The position numbers and the translations under genes are program-made. A stretch of DNA of 63,555 nucleotides, counting the filler, from Lenisia limosa (taxonomy: Eukaryota > Protista > Breviatea): assembly GCA_001655205.1 (NCBI GenBank). It is 12 parts of 12 records of this genome, joined end to end, with 100 filler letters (N's around TTAATTAATTAA, not from the genome) between each part and the next. Parts side by side here need not be neighbours in the genome. Positions count along the whole stretch, not along the records: positions 53,880 to 61,135 come from LPNZ01004472.1; positions 61,236 to 63,555 come from LPNZ01003899.1; 10 more parts are not named here. One strand, written 5' to 3'. A model generated the notes under the pieces. It was not told where the DNA came from, ran no database searches, and saw only the letters and a program-made list of their open reading frames with translations. This document shows positions 59,801 through 63,555 of the stretch, one piece after another (within the stretch, counting starts at the first letter, position 1; each line of letters starts with the position of its first letter).

Positions 59801-61105
59801 GATATACAATTTGTATTATACATGTATCATGTATGTGATCCCCCCAACTCTTCTCTTCGCTCCAGCTCAGCCTCGCGAATCTGGTCGAGCTTGTTCATGA
59901 CGGTGTTAGACGCCTCGATAATACCCTCGTGATACACTCGACGCCGGGCAACTACAGGAGTTTCAGTAAGAAAAAGGGCAGTGATTGTATTCAGCTGCTC
60001 TTATTTAGAGAACGCAGTTCATAGGTTATGGCCCAGAATTTTCAACCTTAAATTGTACCAACCTTCATAAACCGCCTTTTTGAATAAGTCTGGCATGGCT
60101 TGGATATCATAGAGAAGTTCAATACGCTCATGGAGAATAAAAATTCCTAGAGTGGTAAACATCTCATCTACAACTTGATAGAAAAACGCAATATACTAGA
60201 TTACAAGGGCTTCACTTCGGTTCGGTAAAATATCGATGGATTTCATGGATTTATCGAGAAATTCAGTCTTTTTTCGAACCGAGGTGATTTGATTACCCTT
60301 CCACTAAAAAACACAGATCCCCCCACCCCCCACTCCGAAAACAACAAAAGCAAAACAGAAAACAATCAAAATCATCTCGCAGACCTTTTTTCACTGCATT
60401 GATGCGGTCCTTAAGCCTAAGAATGGCCTCGTTGTTAATAACCATTTGCTTGAGACCGTCATGGATCTTGGTTTGTACGTTGAACTGCAAGGTAAGTGAG
60501 GAATTTGGATGTTTCGAAAATGATAGTTGAATCAACAAATTAGAAGCGCAGTTACCATTGTTAGTATTGGCAACATCAGATTTCCCTTATGAAATAAAGG
60601 TTAATCTGTATATTACTGATAGAAAGGGAGTAATATTGGCAAACTTTTGAGAGGGAGATCTCTTGGGCAACTTGGTAGGACTTCTCATCAAGTTCTTTCA
60701 ACTAAGCAGTAAGGACCACACAACTTGCGAAATCAGAAATATCAATACCAAAAAGAGAGAAAAACACGATGATTTGACAATATAGGGAATCGATATTAGG
60801 GCTTATTTGAGAAGTAGAAATCAATCAGTTAAAAAAAAAGGAGGGGGTGGTGCTGCCAACATTATCAATGAAGGGATTTACAATAATATACATGTACATA
60901 TGATATATAATATAATATGATATACTATATAGTTCCTCCAATTGTTCTTTATTTCATATGGAATACCTACACCCTAAATATCGATACCTCTTGGCTCACA
61001 AAACCCCTTTACCTGTGGCAGGAGAGCCGCGTGAACACTTCGAATCTTTTCGAATGCGGAACAGAGCTCAGCAATTTTGACTGTGGCTGTGGGGCATTAT
61101 TGGGG
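53890..61105 (-). CDS. Large multi-exon coiled-coil protein (5' exons weakly reminiscent of a DH/RhoGEF domain); may be more than one gene
   Basis: Minus exons AFEKIRSVHAALLPQ / LKELDEKSYQVAQEI / IIEASNTVMNKLDQIREAELERREE / KDVEEYKKRSEAYTGRIKTLETSL / EIEEQLSAELRVEITE. Linkage across 54500-57040 is inferred. Confidence 0.45.
54143..54239. mobile_element. MITE family A copy
   Basis: TA|GAGCTTCACTTCCGGTTC...AAAGTGAAGCTC. Confidence 0.82.
55236..55560 (+). pseudogene. Degenerate non-LTR (LINE-like) reverse transcriptase fragment
   Basis: Across frameshifts: RLIPKNG, KMLSRIVSKRL, DILECHNLMDGKHGF, LLDISKAFDT..EGIMRA, DRLNPPKKVRSLL..ARIKT. This matches the order of LINE RT motifs (LIPK, K..+..RL, Q.GF, D+SKAFD). 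Confidence 0.6.
60207..60290. mobile_element. MITE family A copy (right end degraded)
   Basis: GGGCTTCACTTCGGTTCG...TTTTTCGAACCGAGGTGA. Further degenerate or half copies at 23297-23385, ~37087, 41683-41734 and ~63168. Confidence 0.8.
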
Positions 61106-61311
61106 ATAAGAGGGGGAGGTATGTTAAGTACAAGGNNNNNNNNNNNNNNNNNNNNNNNNNNNNNNNNNNNNNNNNNNNNTTAATTAATTAANNNNNNNNN
61201 NNNNNNNNNNNNNNNNNNNNNNNNNNNNNNNNNNNTACAAGGTATAATACAAAGATGAACCATTGGGGGTGGGTAGCTTTTATACTTCTTTTTTTTGACA
61301 AGAGAAATAGC

Positions 61312-61377
61312 CATTAGAACTCTGGAAAAACAAATAATAAATACATAGGGATACCAGAAACAGATTGCCATACTTCC
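61312..61377 (+). repeat. Intronic repeat family E
   Basis: CATTAGAACTCTGGAAAAACAAATAATAAATACATAGGGATACCAGAAACAGATTGCCATACTTCC. Confidence 0.75.
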
Positions 61378-61438
61378 GCGCCCACACACTTGGCACCCTT
61401 TATTAGAACTGCATTTTTTTTTTTTTCACATTTCCAAG

Positions 61439-63381
61439 GAATCTCGTCAAAAACAGGATGCTGAATCCAACCCCCTCCCCTCAGTTCCCTCCGCCCCTGC
61501 CTGCAAACCCCCNNNNNNNNNNNNNNNNNNNNNNNNNNNNNNNNNNNNNNNNNNNNNNNNNNNNNNNNATTAAATAGCAACATCACTTACTACCACCATG
61601 AGACACTCCCTCCCCCCTTGCGCTTTATTGTCTCAAAGCCGCTGTTTGGGTGTATTATGTGTTCTTTGATCTTGAAATTTATTGTCTCAGACATTAATCG
61701 ATTTATTTCTTTTTTTTCTTTTTTTTCTTTTTTTTTTTTGTTTGTTTTCCTTTTTAACCCCTCTCCCCAGTCCTAGAAAACAGTGACAACACATCTGCAG
61801 CCAGCTCCCCGAAGGCGGCCGAGGTTTGTTGGTTTTCTTGATTGGGTGAATTATCAAAATCTCTTGTAAACGTAATGATATGGATTCCATTACAGTTACA
61901 TGGTTTCCTAAGTAGCGGCAGTTTAGTTTGTTAAACTTTCATGAGTGGTAAATCCTAAAAGTAAGAACGCTAAAAAATACCGCCTTGAAGATAGTATGTA
62001 CAGAAACCGCCAGTTCTTTCTTTATGAACTAATAGAAGCCAACAAAGCAGCACTACAACCGCGAAGAGTAGTTGTTCTATGTAGGGGAGACGACCTTTCT
62101 CTGCTTCATTCCTGATCGGAACCATTGTCTCAACCATATTGGTGCAGAAGGTGGCATTTCTTGAAGGAATGGGAGTACAGAGAGGCATCGTGCAATATCC
62201 AATGAAACATAAGACGTTGGCGTTTTCCCGATTTCTCTCATGAAATATTCGACTTTTTGTTTGTAACTTTTTCATCCGTCGAATAGAACTGTCTTTTCCC
62301 AACCACTCAGCTCTGGTCCTCACAGAGATACACGACTGGGCCAGAGTTGGCCTTTGGTATACAATAATAACAATGTTACAATGGAGGGCTTACTCCAGTA
62401 AGCTTACTGGAGGGCTTTTTTGGAGACCTGCGAGTTTTCAATTCTAACATTAAGCTCGAGGAGTCGAGTTTACAACTTTTGTCTTTCGCTCTCAAAACGA
62501 AAGTTTACAATCACCGCCACCTTCCAAAACAACGCCATCGAAATGATCCTCTGAAATGGATATACTGATCATAGAAATGTAATTAAGTCCGCAAAAACGG
62601 GGGCTTTTATCAACACGAACTTCTGCAACAGTCTCATTATCACTGACTCCCGATTTCTCGCATGAAATATTTGTTCATTACTCTAGTTGAATAAATAGGT
62701 GCAAAATATTTGAAATTTCCACTACCTCAAGTTGGTAGGCCGGTGATAACTTGAGCCAACAGAGTTGATTTCGGCTCTTTTTGTGTTTTCTGTCAACAGA
62801 GTTGATTTGGGCTTTGTCTTCATAAATTTTCCAATCATCTCCTCCNNNNNNNNNNNNNNNNNNNNNNNNNNNNNNNNNNNNNNNNNNGACACCTTTACGC
62901 CAATATTCTTCGCCAAAATAAATATCCTTCGTTTCACTCGACTGGCCGCCTTGGCTTTTGTTTTGCTGTTTTCAACCCTGGTGTGCTGTGCAAATGTTTA
63001 GCTCACAAAGTTGATTATAGGTATTTTATATTTTTTTTGTGTGTTTCATAAGATTCACGCCCCTCCCCCAGACCACCAACAGTTTCACTGAGTCACCCTG
63101 TCCAAAGCCTTCAATCCCCTTGCCAAATATCGCCAGAAGCGTCTCAGTTGAAAAATGTTGGTTATTAGGACTCACTTCGATTCGATAAACTATAGAAATT
63201 TATCTAGCTATCATAATTTATCACTAAATTTCCCACCAAAATTCCTTCTTTTTGCTGTTCTTCCCATTTTCCCTATTTATTGTCCCTTCTCCCACTTCAA
63301 TTTCATTCCATGCAGTCAAACCGGTCGCATCAGATAAGGCCGTCATTGCTGATGACCCCTTGGCTGGTCTATGTTCGTGGT
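61439..63381 (+). CDS. Exons of an unidentified Pro/Ser-rich protein on the last scaffold
   Basis: AG/GT-bounded open exons ESRQKQDAESNPLPSVPSAP, VLENSDNTSAASSPKAAE, TTNSFTESPCPKPSIPLPN (63071), VKPVASDKAVIADDPLAGLCS. Confidence 0.4.
62941..63070 (+). repeat. Diverged family C copy ending at the acceptor
   Basis: ACTGGCC..GCTTTTG..TCAACCCTGGTGTG..AAAGTTGATT..GTTTCATAAGATTCACGCCCCTCCCCAG, then an exon; another copy at 62755-62845. Confidence 0.7.
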
Positions 63382-63555
63382 AGGAGAGGGGGGGGGGCGC
63401 CCAGAGTGGTTTCTGTTTGATAAATAATTAAAACCCCAAAGTCGATTTTTTAAGTAGTTATCCTGATTTTTTATTCACCTCGTATTCATACAAAATCGAT
63501 CTTATATTATCCAGGGATGTTTTTTTTTTTGGTTTTTTCACGATAATTTCTTATT

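Overview
AT-rich eukaryotic (probably protist; taxon not determinable from sequence) genomic DNA. The window is not one locus. It is 12 short scaffolds joined by artificial N~44-TTAATTAATTAA-N~44 linkers, with many internal N gaps that often begin at poly-G or end at poly-C. It holds fragments of intron-rich, small-exon genes: an IQGAP/Gap1-like RasGAP C-terminal region, a multi-pass membrane protein, a secreted protein with a fibrinogen-like motif, a BAR-like/SH3 protein, a bromodomain protein, WDR12/Ytm1, an NF1-type RasGAP, an ArfGAP-like finger, importin-9, a CELF/Bruno RRM protein and several unknown coiled-coil proteins. Introns are densely packed with repeats: a ~95 bp hairpin MITE (~19 copies), a ~78 bp Tc1-like MITE, a 670 bp non-autonomous TIR element, a 3.3 kb TIR-bounded Fot/pogo-like (DD35D) transposon with an intron-rich decayed transposase, and a LINE RT relic. 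The most unusual signal is a set of non-palindromic repeat families (labelled C, D, E, G here) shared among introns of unrelated genes on different scaffolds. They lie in sense orientation wherever the host strand is readable. Families C and D repeatedly run straight into, and supply, the 3' splice acceptor, and one C copy is an entire 131 nt intron: an introner-like system. Many introns also open with a G tract and close with a C tract. All exon calls are manual (GT/AG, phase continuity, motif recognition); no database search was run.
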